In this document: piece after piece, positions 38,544 through 48,767 of the stretch
How positions within the stretch are numbered: position 1 is the first letter of the stretch
Layout: the number at the start of each line of letters is the position of its first letter
IMG/VR virus record: IMGVR_UViG_3300027977_000009
DNA: 64,000 nt
From: a virus
Reading direction: 5' to 3' (one strand)
The notes under the pieces: model-generated
Seen by the model: the letters and a program-made list of their open reading frames with translations, nothing else
Told to the model about the DNA's origin: nothing
The model's database searches: none
Translations under genes and position numbers: made by a program

Positions 38544-38619
38544 TTCTTTTTCCTTTGTAGTATTTAGGTATCTATAATGTGTATAATATCGGAAGTTATT
38601 ACGATTGTCAAGGATGTTG

Positions 38620-39603
38620 TTAACCGAAACTGAACAGATCACTGAATGTACTGTTAGTGTTAGTATCTGTTCTGATATCCCAGTCAAGTACACCTAATAG
38701 GTTATCGATTTTCTCATCGACTAGCTTACGTTCCATTTCATTATCATCAAAAGGAAGTTCAAGGAACCATTGTGGTAGCCTAAGCTCATCAGTTGGATAT
38801 GCAATCGAAGTCAACCCTAATGGATTTGATTTGAGAGTACACACAACAACCTTCATACCATCTACGATCTTCTGACTATACTGGTCACCGTTCATCTTAC
38901 GCAAGTAGTTATAATTGATAGCAGCTTTCGCATGTCCAACACTACACTGACCGGTCTTCTCATACTTGATCGTATGTTTAGTAAGATTGTTAACTGACTT
39001 AGGAGAACCTTTAGTCCAACTATCTTGTTCAGAAAGCCAAGTCTTGAATTCTCTGATCTTAGTGATAACTTCGGCGCGAGGAACGCCACCCAATACCTGC
39101 TCAAGTACTTCCATCAAGAACGTCTGAACATACTTAGGAGTATCTGCTCGTTTCAAGTCAAGACCCATAGCCTTGATCTCACCCATCTTACCATTCACAT
39201 CTTTACGCTTGCCTTCTTTATCAAAGATATTGATTGCATAACGCTTCTTTGTGATGAATAGAGTACGATCCCCGATCAGTTCACGACCAGCTTTGATGAT
39301 CTCACCGTTCTTGCGGGGACAATGAAATGCCTTCTCCATGAAGCCTGGAAAACTATCGTTTGCGATATCAGCAATATTATCGTATAATTGGATGCATACT
39401 TCCTTGTTCCATTCAATCTCACCCTTATCGATCTGTGGTTTGATCGCGTGATATGCACTGAAATAACAGCTATCAGTGTTATGAACTAGGATATCATTTG
39501 CAAAGAAAAACGGATCACTATCTACAATACTCAAGTCGTATACATAGTCATCAACTTCACCAAGACATTCTACCTTTTTTATTTTTGTCCACTCTGCATC
39601 CAT
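38620..39603 (-). CDS. polB: Family B DNA polymerase C-terminal fragment preceded by 42-aa C-intein
   Basis: VYDLSI...FFANDILVHN|TDSCYF, KKRYA, MGLDLKRADTP; C-terminal DLFSFG clamp motif. Confidence 0.93.
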   Translation of the reverse strand: MDAEWTKIKKVECLGEVDDYVYDLSIVDSDPFFFANDILVHNTDSCYFSAYHAIKPQIDKGEIEWNKEVCIQLYDNIADIANDSFPGFMEKAFHCPRKNGEIIKAGRELIGDRTLFITKKRYAINIFDKEGKRKDVNGKMGEIKAMGLDLKRADTPKYVQTFLMEVLEQVLGGVPRAEVITKIREFKTWLSEQDSWTKGSPKSVNNLTKHTIKYEKTGQCSVGHAKAAINYNYLRKMNGDQYSQKIVDGMKVVVCTLKSNPLGLTSIAYPTDELRLPQWFLELPFDDNEMERKLVDEKIDNLLGVLDWDIRTDTNTNSTFSDLFSFG

Positions 39604-40541
39604 GCTTTCACCTTATTAATTGTATTTTGTTTATCTAATTTAAATTCAGATTCCCACACCGTATACGTGCGAAACCCAAGATCAGTTGCTGTCTTCAATT
39701 TTTTACTATCATATTCTTGAATCTCTAATGCAGTACGACCCCGAATAACTGCATCATTTTTATATAAAGACGGATTCGCATGCCAGTAATCACCGTTAAA
39801 TTCAATTATACAGTCTTTGTGTTTTATATCGTATATCACATATGTTCCTAAGAAAGAAGACCATCTTCCGTAGGGTCTAGTAAACGTAGTATACTCTAAT
39901 GATCCATAATTGTCAATCAGCATGGTCGTAAATTCTTTTTCTATGTTGGAACCCCAAATATTACCGGGATATACTACCCGGTTTAAAATTAGTGTGACCG
40001 CTTCATCAAGGGATATTCCCAATTTAGTTGCTACTAATTGCGGATTAAATGAGCTACCTTTTTCGATATTTAACTGTAGAAATCTAGACGTACCCTCTTC
40101 AGTTCCATACTTGTTAACGAAATAGGTTTTACTATTGGTGTATGCTTGTCGTTCACAATACGCTAGCCACTTAGTAGTACCTAACTTTTCCCCATGACGG
40201 GCAATCATTTTTTCTAAGGTCTGTGCCCTAGACGAATTATACTCATTATACTGTTCAACTGTCCATCCGTGTTTTTTACGTTTGTACTCAAATGAATTAG
40301 AATCCGCTTGTTTAACTTTGTATTGGTTCCATCGAATCGTACCCTCTTCTATCCCATACTTTTCAATCAATCTCTCTTTTGTAATAGCCGTTTTTGCGGC
40401 AACATCCGCTGATACTAACACGGCTTGAGGATATGCCAACTTGTATTCTTTGGAATTAGAAAATTTACCTGTGCAGTTATACTTAAAATGAGTCCACTGT
40501 AGTCTACTAGTTTCCATTCCACATTCTAAACACTTTATCAT
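39579..40541 (-). CDS. Vsr-like homing endonuclease between split-intein halves
   Basis: CLEC..H; KYGxEEG repeats; YDI...IIEFNGDYWHANP...VWESE. Confidence 0.85.
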   Translation of the reverse strand: MIKCLECGMETSRLQWTHFKYNCTGKFSNSKEYKLAYPQAVLVSADVAAKTAITKERLIEKYGIEEGTIRWNQYKVKQADSNSFEYKRKKHGWTVEQYNEYNSSRAQTLEKMIARHGEKLGTTKWLAYCERQAYTNSKTYFVNKYGTEEGTSRFLQLNIEKGSSFNPQLVATKLGISLDEAVTLILNRVVYPGNIWGSNIEKEFTTMLIDNYGSLEYTTFTRPYGRWSSFLGTYVIYDIKHKDCIIEFNGDYWHANPSLYKNDAVIRGRTALEIQEYDSKKLKTATDLGFRTYTVWESEFKLDKQNTINKVKAWMQSGQK

Positions 40542-40574
40542 ATGCTGATACTCCTATCAGCATATATTTATGCG

Positions 40575-42773
40575 TTATGGCACAAAAGTAATAATTCCAT
40601 CAGTTTCAAGAATTTCATTAGGTTTACATTCTACTAAGAATCCATCCCGATCGACCATTATACTATGATCTTCAGTGACAGTTACCTGTTTCCCGTTCTC
40701 TGTTGTGATTTTATAAAGTTTTTTCCTAGTTTTATGTCGCATAACGTAACTAATTTTTGCCCCAGTAGGTTGCATATCATGTGAATTAAATCCAAGCACA
40801 GTGGAATCATTCCATACTCCATACTCTTTTTCACCCACAACTGAATGCTCAATGCACTCATCAAAAAGTTGCGCTATTGTTTTATCACCATCGGTTGTTC
40901 TAATAATAGAATCACCAGTAACACTGTCACCGTATACGATTGCATCACCGTCATGTTGATATTTTTCGGTGATAGTCTCGTTGATCTGACTCATCATGTG
41001 CTTTACGATCTGTCTACCGGACAACGTAACTGACTGCCCGATACGCTTATCATAGAACCTACAATGCTCATTGAGAAGCGCGCCGTATGCAGAGTTAAGC
41101 AAAATCTTACGAACAAGCTGTCGCTTGTCATAATATTCGTACATATCAGTGCCATACGCTTCTTTAGCTTGCTTCTGAAGTATTTTACGTTCAGAATACC
41201 AACGTGAGAGCAATCCGGGAATAATGCCTTCTTTCTCATAGGTAAAGATGGTCCCGTTCGCCGATAGCATATAAGGCTTGTGACTATCAAAAATCATCTT
41301 CCAAATTTCAGCAGCAGACATCTCTTTTGATCGACCATCTTCATAATCGATGGTGAGCATAGTGCCGCGTTCTTGGTTCATGATAGCGGTATATTCTAAT
41401 GAACCGAATAGGTTTTCCCAAAGAATAGCACCAATCACAGCTTCTGCATCGTCGCCGTTCTTTTTCTTACGCTTTTCTTTAGCAAGAGCAATACTCTTTT
41501 CATGCATATACTGATCAGTAAGTGTTTGACGAACCTGCCCGATAATAGTTTCTGGAGCCATGTTAAGGGCTCTGATGGCAGAGGGGTAGAGTGAGTTGAT
41601 ATCAACTGCGCCGACGTATTCGTGAATCCCCGTCTTCGGTACAGCAACATATGCACCTGCTGCTTGTTGTCCGTCACTAAACGAATCCCTACGCTTCTTG
41701 TCAGGGACGATAAATCCTCGTTCATGTGCTTCATTATAAACTGCCATTTCAATCATGGCCACCGAACCCATAACAGTTGGTAGCAGTACTGTGTTTTCAT
41801 GCGCTAGTGCATTCGCAAGATCAAGAAATTTGAGTTTGTTGTGGATCTTGAATACAAGCATAGTGTCTTGCCTGTTGTATTCTACGAAAGTTTTGAAGTC
41901 TCGGTTGTACAATTGATCCAGTGTGCCCTCATACTGAGTCTTGCGCTCGCCTAGTTCATATTCACCGATAGCATCGAGTGAATAACTATGTCGTGACTCG
42001 TAGTTATACTTCTTATACAATTGAAGATAGTCCATATGAATTCTACCAACTAGATCATAGGTCTGTTCTTCTTTACCGAATCTCTCGTATGTGCGAGTCT
42101 TTGGTAGTTGTCCCATGAGGCAGAACTTGCGAGTATCATCTTTAGACATCACACGAGTAATACGATTTACCATATATGGAATGTCGTATCCTTCTGAGTT
42201 CCAACCAGTCAATACATCTGCATCTTCGATCAGATCAAAAAATGTCTCGAACATTTCTATCTCACTGCGATATAGGAAAGTGTTCGGGAAATCTTTGATC
42301 AGTTCTTGGGCAGTCTCATCCGTCATGTGTTTCGGTGGAATAACTAACGTAACAAGCTGATCCAACCAATCTAGATAACAACTGATCGCTGTTACTGGAT
42401 TGAATGGATCTGAAGTTGGACTGAAACCCTTTTCAGGATCAAAGTCCACTTCAATATCGAAGAAACAAGTGTGAAGCTTTGGAGGTTCTGCTCTTAGGTA
42501 GTTTTCAGACAAACATCTGAAAATTACGTTGACATCACTTTCGAAAAGCTTTTTATTAGAATGAATCCTGCGCTCTTTTTCGAACTCACTGCGTTTACGG
42601 CTAGAGAAGCGAGTTACAGGATCACCGTAGATAGAGCGATGCTTCCCTTTAGGATCCTGGTAATAAAGAACATAATTGGTATGATATTCTTTATACGCTC
42701 GTTTCCCGTCGGCGCCCCGCTCAACTACACGAATGCGGTCAGAATTGCTATCTAATATCGCATCAATATACAT
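40575..42773 (-). CDS. polB: Family B DNA polymerase N-terminal fragment followed by 116-aa N-intein
   Basis: FDIEV, GWNSEGYD, DINSLYPS, KILLNSAYG, YGD|SVTGDS (block A), VTEDHS (block B). Confidence 0.95.
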   Translation of the reverse strand: MYIDAILDSNSDRIRVVERGADGKRAYKEYHTNYVLYYQDPKGKHRSIYGDPVTRFSSRKRSEFEKERRIHSNKKLFESDVNVIFRCLSENYLRAEPPKLHTCFFDIEVDFDPEKGFSPTSDPFNPVTAISCYLDWLDQLVTLVIPPKHMTDETAQELIKDFPNTFLYRSEIEMFETFFDLIEDADVLTGWNSEGYDIPYMVNRITRVMSKDDTRKFCLMGQLPKTRTYERFGKEEQTYDLVGRIHMDYLQLYKKYNYESRHSYSLDAIGEYELGERKTQYEGTLDQLYNRDFKTFVEYNRQDTMLVFKIHNKLKFLDLANALAHENTVLLPTVMGSVAMIEMAVYNEAHERGFIVPDKKRRDSFSDGQQAAGAYVAVPKTGIHEYVGAVDINSLYPSAIRALNMAPETIIGQVRQTLTDQYMHEKSIALAKEKRKKKNGDDAEAVIGAILWENLFGSLEYTAIMNQERGTMLTIDYEDGRSKEMSAAEIWKMIFDSHKPYMLSANGTIFTYEKEGIIPGLLSRWYSERKILQKQAKEAYGTDMYEYYDKRQLVRKILLNSAYGALLNEHCRFYDKRIGQSVTLSGRQIVKHMMSQINETITEKYQHDGDAIVYGDSVTGDSIIRTTDGDKTIAQLFDECIEHSVVGEKEYGVWNDSTVLGFNSHDMQPTGAKISYVMRHKTRKKLYKITTENGKQVTVTEDHSIMVDRDGFLVECKPNEILETDGIITFVP

Positions 42774-43030
42774 TAATCAGTACGACCAACAGTCTCCAAG
42801 ATATTATTTAGTTCAGCGTTTTCGTCATTCGTCTCATTCAAACGAGCCTTATGAGCCACTTTAATCGCTTTCTTGAGAGTGCTTGGCTTGATCTCAAGTT
42901 CCTCAGCGATTGCCTTAATTGTGTCATTGAGGCCTTCGTTTAATGCCTCAACCTCTTGTAATACACCCATACCTTCATGGACTAAGTTAGTTAGTTTTAG
43001 TTTAGCTTCGGAATTGAATACTCTAGACAT
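42773..43030 (-). CDS. DsbA/GapR(DUF2312)-like dsDNA-binding protein
   Basis: 85 aa from MSRVF with AGGAG RBS; helical pattern IKAIAEELEIKPSTLKKAIK. Confidence 0.6.
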   Translation of the reverse strand: MSRVFNSEAKLKLTNLVHEGMGVLQEVEALNEGLNDTIKAIAEELEIKPSTLKKAIKVAHKARLNETNDENAELNNILETVGRTD

Positions 43031-43107
43031 GTTTACTCCTTCTAGTCTGTTCAGTATATAGCAACAGCAAAGCAAGTCAAGGTTTTTATTGAGCAGTGTG
43101 CCCAATA

Positions 43108-43821
43108 CTATTGGAAGATATAATTGTGATCTGCGCCATATATCTTGATGTATTTTCCGGCTAAGAGGTCTGCCATCGCCTCAATAGGACTACCGGGATA
43201 ACTGGAATCTGGCTTGATCATGTTAAGCTCACCTTGTCTTACGTGTACGAGTTCGTGAAAGGTGGTTCTCAATATGTCTACCAGATTACGATTCTTAGCA
43301 TAGACCCAGATACTGTCGGCACCTGGCGTATGACCGCCGGTATGATGGTTGGTTTGGGCCTCTTCGGTGTCCATACTTAATTCGATTTTTACAGGATTCT
43401 GTAGGTTAATTTTCTTGCTGGCCCAATTGGCAAACTTCTGCACTTCATCAGCTAAATCAATTTCACTAGTTGTCTCGTTTAGCTTATTTTTTATCCAATG
43501 ATCAGGTGTAGATTTGAATTTCTTTTTAAACAAGTCATGTAATGCTTTGCTGGTGATTTTGTGCTTACGAGCAATTTTTTTCATCAATGTGTCAATCGCA
43601 TTATAATCATGCTTTGCGAGTGAGGGGAGTCTTTTGGCTAACTCTAACTCTGGCGCCTCGTTGATGCTCTCTCCGCCCCCGCCATCGCCCCCGCCACCTG
43701 ACTCGCCCGAATCACTAACGCCAAAAAAGGTATACCCTGGATAGAAATATCCTCCATACGCCTTTTTCCCGGGCTTTTTTCTTTTACGCTTACGTTCGGT
43801 GATGAATTCAGTAGCTCTCAT
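43108..43821 (-). CDS. CTS-tagged modular protein with C-terminal zincin-like metallopeptidase domain
   Basis: MRATEFITE; internal INE/LNE; HELVH...E. Confidence 0.7.
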   Translation of the reverse strand: MRATEFITERKRKRKKPGKKAYGGYFYPGYTFFGVSDSGESGGGGDGGGGESINEAPELELAKRLPSLAKHDYNAIDTLMKKIARKHKITSKALHDLFKKKFKSTPDHWIKNKLNETTSEIDLADEVQKFANWASKKINLQNPVKIELSMDTEEAQTNHHTGGHTPGADSIWVYAKNRNLVDILRTTFHELVHVRQGELNMIKPDSSYPGSPIEAMADLLAGKYIKIYGADHNYIFQ

Positions 43822-43889
43822 AATATATATATTTATCATTAGATATGGAAATGGCGACAATGTTAATTGCCGCCACTCCGTTAGTCTAT

Positions 43890-44453
43890 TTAGAAATTAC
43901 GAGTTACCGAAACACCGACAGTTTCGTTATCGAAAGTACCTCGAGTACGATAGTATCCTGCACCAAATGAGGTCTTGTCACTAAATGCATAAGAAAGTCC
44001 GAGATTCAAACGATCTTCATTGAGGTAGTCATTCGCAAATCCTTCACGATGACGATATCCAGCAACCACTGACACTGGACCAAATATAGGCCTAGTAAGC
44101 TTCACGCCAGCACCCCAAAACTCACCGTTGTTACCATCAGCGAGAACTCCCCCCAATTCGCCGTATACAGCAGTTTGGACGCCGAAGTAAGACGGACCGT
44201 CGACTCCTGCCTTGACAGAAAAGGCAGCTTGGAGCTCACCTTCACGAGCAGCTTGGTTAGCTTGAAGCTCAGCTCCGACATTAACCTTTCCAATAGTATC
44301 CCAGGCTTCGACCCTATATTCAGTCGAATCAGCACGGGCACCGCCCCGTGCATCACCAAAATGAACTTCACCTGTCACCATCGGTTCTGCTAAAGCAGGG
44401 GTAGTAAAGGCAACTAGCGACATAGCCGCTGCGATTGTAAATAGATTCTTCAT
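43890..44453 (-). CDS. Outer-membrane beta-barrel protein with signal peptide
   Basis: Sec signal ending ALA; alternating beta strands; terminal Phe. Confidence 0.75.
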   Translation of the reverse strand: MKNLFTIAAAMSLVAFTTPALAEPMVTGEVHFGDARGGARADSTEYRVEAWDTIGKVNVGAELQANQAAREGELQAAFSVKAGVDGPSYFGVQTAVYGELGGVLADGNNGEFWGAGVKLTRPIFGPVSVVAGYRHREGFANDYLNEDRLNLGLSYAFSDKTSFGAGYYRTRGTFDNETVGVSVTRNF

Positions 44454-44586
44454 GCTTTTCCTTTGTTTAAATCTGACTACGATTATCGATAGTCAGTAAT
44501 AGTATATAGCATTGGCCCATGCTGTTGTAAATTTTTATCGGGTGATTGGGATAATGCCGGTGCCCTTTTTGCGGTAGCCATTTAAA

Positions 44587-44616
44587 AAGTGTCTCAGTTT
44601 TCACCGAGACACTTTC
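44587..44616. terminator. Hairpin terminator
   Basis: AAAGTGTCTC...GAGACACTTT with T-run on - strand. Confidence 0.6.
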
Positions 44617-44640
44617 TAGTTGATAGGAACACGAATAGAT

Positions 44641-44967
44641 TTAGGAATAGATGCTTTTCGGTGCAGGGGGTGCTGAGAAAGTAGCAAGAACTTCGTTGAA
44701 CTTTTCGAGGCTCTGTGAAGCCAGTTCTTGCATTACTTCACGATCTGAAGGTATCATTTTGGAGTACCGATTCAGGAATTGTTGAATGATGTGGCGAGGA
44801 ATTATAGATTTGCTACCGTCCTTAAACGTGATAGGATAGTTCTTAAGGTTAAGTGCTTTCCTAAGCTGCATAACAATATGAGGAATCTTGTCCTGTTCAG
44901 GATCGGGAGCTTCTTCTTCATCCCAATCGTCGTGTGCCGATTCATTAAGCAATTCGTTAATCTTCAT
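44641..44967 (-). CDS. CTS-tagged hypothetical protein
   Basis: MKINELLNE; TAAATA upstream. Confidence 0.6.
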   Translation of the reverse strand: MKINELLNESAHDDWDEEEAPDPEQDKIPHIVMQLRKALNLKNYPITFKDGSKSIIPRHIIQQFLNRYSKMIPSDREVMQELASQSLEKFNEVLATFSAPPAPKSIYS

Positions 44968-45047
44968 GTCTTAATCCTTTGTATTATTTATCAAAGTGAA
45001 GCGAAATGCTCTTAGTAAATTTACTATAGCAAACTTAGTTTCCGAAG

Positions 45048-45527
45048 TCAAGCCTTTTTTATCAATTCTCGCCAAAAAGGACCTTGAATGGGGTCTGCAC
45101 TTCTCTCTGGATATAACTGGCTGTTCAATTTTTCTATCCATTCTGGAGTCATGTGACGATTACGATATTGTCTAGGGAAGATATGCACTTCTTGAACCTG
45201 TGTTCCTTCTAAATCTTGTAAGGCGATCATTCGGTTTCTACCTTCGTGTCCTGAAACTCTAGCAGGACGAGAAAGATCACCGTCTTCCCATTCTTCAGGT
45301 ATGTCTATCAATAGAAACGGAGCAGCAAGTTTTCCACCTTGTTCTAGATGTTGCAAGATAGCTTTTGAACTAGTTGGTTCTGTCAGGCGTGCGGCCAACT
45401 TGAGGAAAACTGATGGACGCATACGGACACGCAGCCCCATATAATCAACGTTTTGGTTGTTAGAGGTAGCTCCCCAACCATTTACGTTGTCCATTTGGTG
45501 TTCAGTTAAAAATTCGTGCGCTCGCAT
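45048..45527 (-). CDS. CTS-tagged ParB/Srx-like protein
   Basis: MRAHEFLTE; PFL...HEGRNRM. Confidence 0.55.
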   Translation of the reverse strand: MRAHEFLTEHQMDNVNGWGATSNNQNVDYMGLRVRMRPSVFLKLAARLTEPTSSKAILQHLEQGGKLAAPFLLIDIPEEWEDGDLSRPARVSGHEGRNRMIALQDLEGTQVQEVHIFPRQYRNRHMTPEWIEKLNSQLYPERSADPIQGPFWRELIKKA

Positions 45528-45530
45528 TGT

Positions 45531-46730
45531 TTATCCAGATGCAGGTTGATTATAAAATTGCATGATGGCATTAAATTTCTCTTCCCGATCGGATAATCCC
45601 CTCAAGCCTGAATTGATTGGTTTAGTGACTTCACGAGTATCTTTAAAATTACTAACTTTAGGTTGTACTCTAGTCTGCCAATACCATAGTGTTGCTTTAG
45701 CTGCGATGTCAGGACGTTCTAACAGTTCGGGTTGATCTTCTAGCGGGAGACCTAATGCTTCGCCTGCTTTCCTATAATTGTAACGACCGGTCAATTGAAT
45801 GTATCCGCGCCCACGATAGCGGGCGCCGTCACCTGGTTCAGTATTCCCGAGCATCTTGGCTTTCTGCGGATCATGTTGTATGTCGTATTTTCTAAAATAA
45901 GTGGGGCCACCAAACTCCTTTAGTGAAGTAAAGTTTTGAGTTTCATGGGCACATTGTGCGATAAGTTGTGCTAACTCTGCGCCCTCGATTCCGGCAATAG
46001 CAGCTTCTCTCCTAAGTGCCTTCGCTATTGGATTATTGATAAGTGCATTAACTCGTTGTGTTATTTCTGAGTCAACTTTTGGTAGTTGTTTGCTGATTGG
46101 TCGAGGAGTAGGAGCAGGTTTATTTGGGTCAGGAAGAAAAGTGTGACCAGCTAAAGCTAGAGCACCAGCAGCCGCAAGACCCTTGGCCGCGCCCTTCCAA
46201 CCTTCTTCTAACTCTGATTCTTTTAATGCCTGTTTGAGAAAATTTGCACCGATGACGACCGTGTCACCGACTTTTACTGATACTTTCTTACCAGGAATTA
46301 TCTCAGCGTTAACGATTTGTATCTTGTACTTTCCTTTAGGTGAGATATCAAGTATCTTACCTTTAAGGATGGAATAATGCGGATAGTTCTTAGTGAGATC
46401 AAGTACTCTACCTACTTCTTCATATATAAATTCATGTAATCTCATAATTTCACCTTCAAACACACTTCCGCTAGGGCTGCCGGTTCTTCTGATAGCGTGA
46501 ATGCCTTTACTACCTGGCTTATTGGTACCGCGTTTTGTCAACGATTGTGTTTCACCAAGTTTTCTAGAACGATGTAGGAAAAGTCCCATTGTTTGTGGAG
46601 TAATTTTATATTCCTTAGCGATATCAGCCCTGCTAAACCCTGACGCATACAGGTCAGCAATCTCTTGTTGTTGTTCAGGTGTTGGGCTAAAGGGAGGCCT
46701 TCCTTCAGTTATAAATTCAAACGCTCTCAT
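45531..46730 (-). CDS. CTS-tagged fusion: HTH + small domain + GH19 chitinase/lysozyme
   Basis: MRAFEFITE; HTH (SRADIAKEY); AQCAHET, LGNTEPGDGARYRGRGYIQLTGRYNY, INSG. Confidence 0.85.
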   Translation of the reverse strand: MRAFEFITEGRPPFSPTPEQQQEIADLYASGFSRADIAKEYKITPQTMGLFLHRSRKLGETQSLTKRGTNKPGSKGIHAIRRTGSPSGSVFEGEIMRLHEFIYEEVGRVLDLTKNYPHYSILKGKILDISPKGKYKIQIVNAEIIPGKKVSVKVGDTVVIGANFLKQALKESELEEGWKGAAKGLAAAGALALAGHTFLPDPNKPAPTPRPISKQLPKVDSEITQRVNALINNPIAKALRREAAIAGIEGAELAQLIAQCAHETQNFTSLKEFGGPTYFRKYDIQHDPQKAKMLGNTEPGDGARYRGRGYIQLTGRYNYRKAGEALGLPLEDQPELLERPDIAAKATLWYWQTRVQPKVSNFKDTREVTKPINSGLRGLSDREEKFNAIMQFYNQPASG

Positions 46731-47734
46731 CGCTGTGCTTGATCAGGACGTCCAAATAGATGATTCATCTCTTCTTGACTAGCAGTATTTTCCGTAGTAG
46801 AGTTGTATGCAGTTGGATACATCCTTTTAATTCTTTCAATTTCTTCAGGAATATTCCAACCGCCCCGTGTACCCATTTGTTCAGATGCATTCTTTAATTC
46901 TTCTGAACGTGACGATAATGCATCGGCGATTTTCTTCATCAAGCCAGGAAACAAATCAGCGAATTGATCTTCGCCCACGTTATAATCTTGTGTAGCATTC
47001 TTTAATTGACGAGTTGAAGTGTGCATCTGCCACTTGCCGTTTTTATCATCCATGTTCTTTTTATCAACGATACTAACGATAGGGCCATCTCTTGAATAAC
47101 GTTCGAACCAAGTTAAGCCGCTGCTGCTTCCTGTGCAGAACTGTCCTTGAGCACCTTCTGCATTATTAAAGATATAGCAAGAACCATAGTTCAACGGAAC
47201 AATAACATAATATCTGTCATCATCAATAAGAACGATTTGTTTAGAATTTTTCTTCATAGATGCCAACTTTTCAGCATCGGCAATTTTTCTTAATGCTGCA
47301 CCATACTTTTCTTTGCGAACTACACTTTGCAGTTGTGCAATAGATGTAAAACGATTGAAGTCTTGATCTACAGGATCAAGTAAGTTGCGAACACTCAATG
47401 CTTTCCACGCACCTAATGCGTCACCGCCTTCGCCGTTAATGTCTTCATAGTCGTTAATGTGATTGATGTACAACTTTGTTAGCCAACTATCAAATTTACC
47501 ATCTCTAGACAAGTCACCGTAGTTAGTGTTTGATAGAGTTCTATCGATCAGATCACTCCACATTTTAACTACATCTTCGTCGCTTGCTTTGGGTCCCAAT
47601 CTTGCTAGCATAGGTCCAGGAATGGTATGATCATGCTTAACAGCAATTGCTAGCATTTTTGCCATCTTGGGATCTCTGAGGACCTTCTCCCCTGGATTGG
47701 CTTCTGATAATTTAGTTCTTGATAGTTGTTTCAT
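46727..47734 (-). CDS. Hypothetical protein with divergent PcfJ-like (W/FCT) domain
   Basis: VIVPLNY...FCTG...WFERYSRDGP...KWQMH, resembling the two WCT paralogues downstream. Confidence 0.5.
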   Translation of the reverse strand: MKQLSRTKLSEANPGEKVLRDPKMAKMLAIAVKHDHTIPGPMLARLGPKASDEDVVKMWSDLIDRTLSNTNYGDLSRDGKFDSWLTKLYINHINDYEDINGEGGDALGAWKALSVRNLLDPVDQDFNRFTSIAQLQSVVRKEKYGAALRKIADAEKLASMKKNSKQIVLIDDDRYYVIVPLNYGSCYIFNNAEGAQGQFCTGSSSGLTWFERYSRDGPIVSIVDKKNMDDKNGKWQMHTSTRQLKNATQDYNVGEDQFADLFPGLMKKIADALSSRSEELKNASEQMGTRGGWNIPEEIERIKRMYPTAYNSTTENTASQEEMNHLFGRPDQAQR

Positions 47735-47745
47735 GTCTAGCCTTT

Positions 47746-48765
47746 TTATGGGTGCAGCAACGATTGTTTTAGGTAATTCATGAGAGTTGTTAGTTTCTGT
47801 TGATCGCCGTTTGCGATATCATCAATCACTTTTTTCACGCCCTCTTGATTTTGTGGTCCGCCTCTGCCATATCTCTCGACCCCTAAAGTAAAATTACCTG
47901 TTTCATCTGGATAAAAATGACTTGCTGTCAGATACAATGCGGGTTTTAATCTGTCTTTTATTTTAGCGGGGACATCTTTTGGATCGTTGATTAATTCTTG
48001 TTTTATATTTTGTAAATTATTTAGGATCTCTAACTTCTGTTTTACTTTCTGGAAAGAATCGTTCTTTAATGCCGTACCAGTGACACCTTTAATGTCAGCG
48101 ATTGCTTTATCTATATATTTTATGTAGAGAGGACGTAATTTATATAATACTGCTTGCATATTCTGTGACTGGGGTGCGTTTGGGTCTAATGTGTTTGGTT
48201 TCGTAATTTTTCTGGCCACTCTACGGTCCGCGCGTAATCTGTCTACAGGTCCTGTTGTATGTGTAGATGCCCCGCGACCCCAGGCTAATTGACCGGCATT
48301 AATAGCAGACCAGTAGTTTCTGATTTGGCCGATAGTTTCTTTGATTTGCCTAAATAAGACATTAATACTACCGTCACTAAATTTTGTTATGCCCTCTTTA
48401 CTAGATAGCACGACTACCCAACGAGAACCATCCCACTTTATCGCACCGGTACCATCTTTACCTTGAATGAGTACATAGTTAGGTGATCTACTTTTGATGT
48501 CTGCCCAGGTTATTTTTTGTTCTTCTCTCCATCGGATATCGTGCGACATAGCTAACTCTTTGTGTACATACCTAACGAGTGCGTCAGCGTATGGACTTTT
48601 GCGAACGGCTGAAGTGATGGTTGAGTCTTCATCTAGAATTTCCTCAAGTAGACTAGTCACAGTAGTGTGCAGTGCTAAACGAGCAGGATCATTCGCCGCA
48701 ACTCTGTGTGTCACTCTCGGCTTGAGGATGTTGATGTTTTCTTTAAATAGTTCTGTACTTCTCAT
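47746..48765 (-). CDS. CTS-tagged hypothetical protein
   Basis: MRSTELFKE; internal LLEE/LDE. Confidence 0.6.
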   Translation of the reverse strand: MRSTELFKENINILKPRVTHRVAANDPARLALHTTVTSLLEEILDEDSTITSAVRKSPYADALVRYVHKELAMSHDIRWREEQKITWADIKSRSPNYVLIQGKDGTGAIKWDGSRWVVVLSSKEGITKFSDGSINVLFRQIKETIGQIRNYWSAINAGQLAWGRGASTHTTGPVDRLRADRRVARKITKPNTLDPNAPQSQNMQAVLYKLRPLYIKYIDKAIADIKGVTGTALKNDSFQKVKQKLEILNNLQNIKQELINDPKDVPAKIKDRLKPALYLTASHFYPDETGNFTLGVERYGRGGPQNQEGVKKVIDDIANGDQQKLTTLMNYLKQSLLHP

Positions 48766-48767
48766 TG

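Noticed and set aside
39579-40574. Group I intron interrupting polB (also considered for the ligase)
   Set aside because: Only ~35-50 nt of non-coding sequence, too little for a ribozyme core; intein motifs explain the junctions
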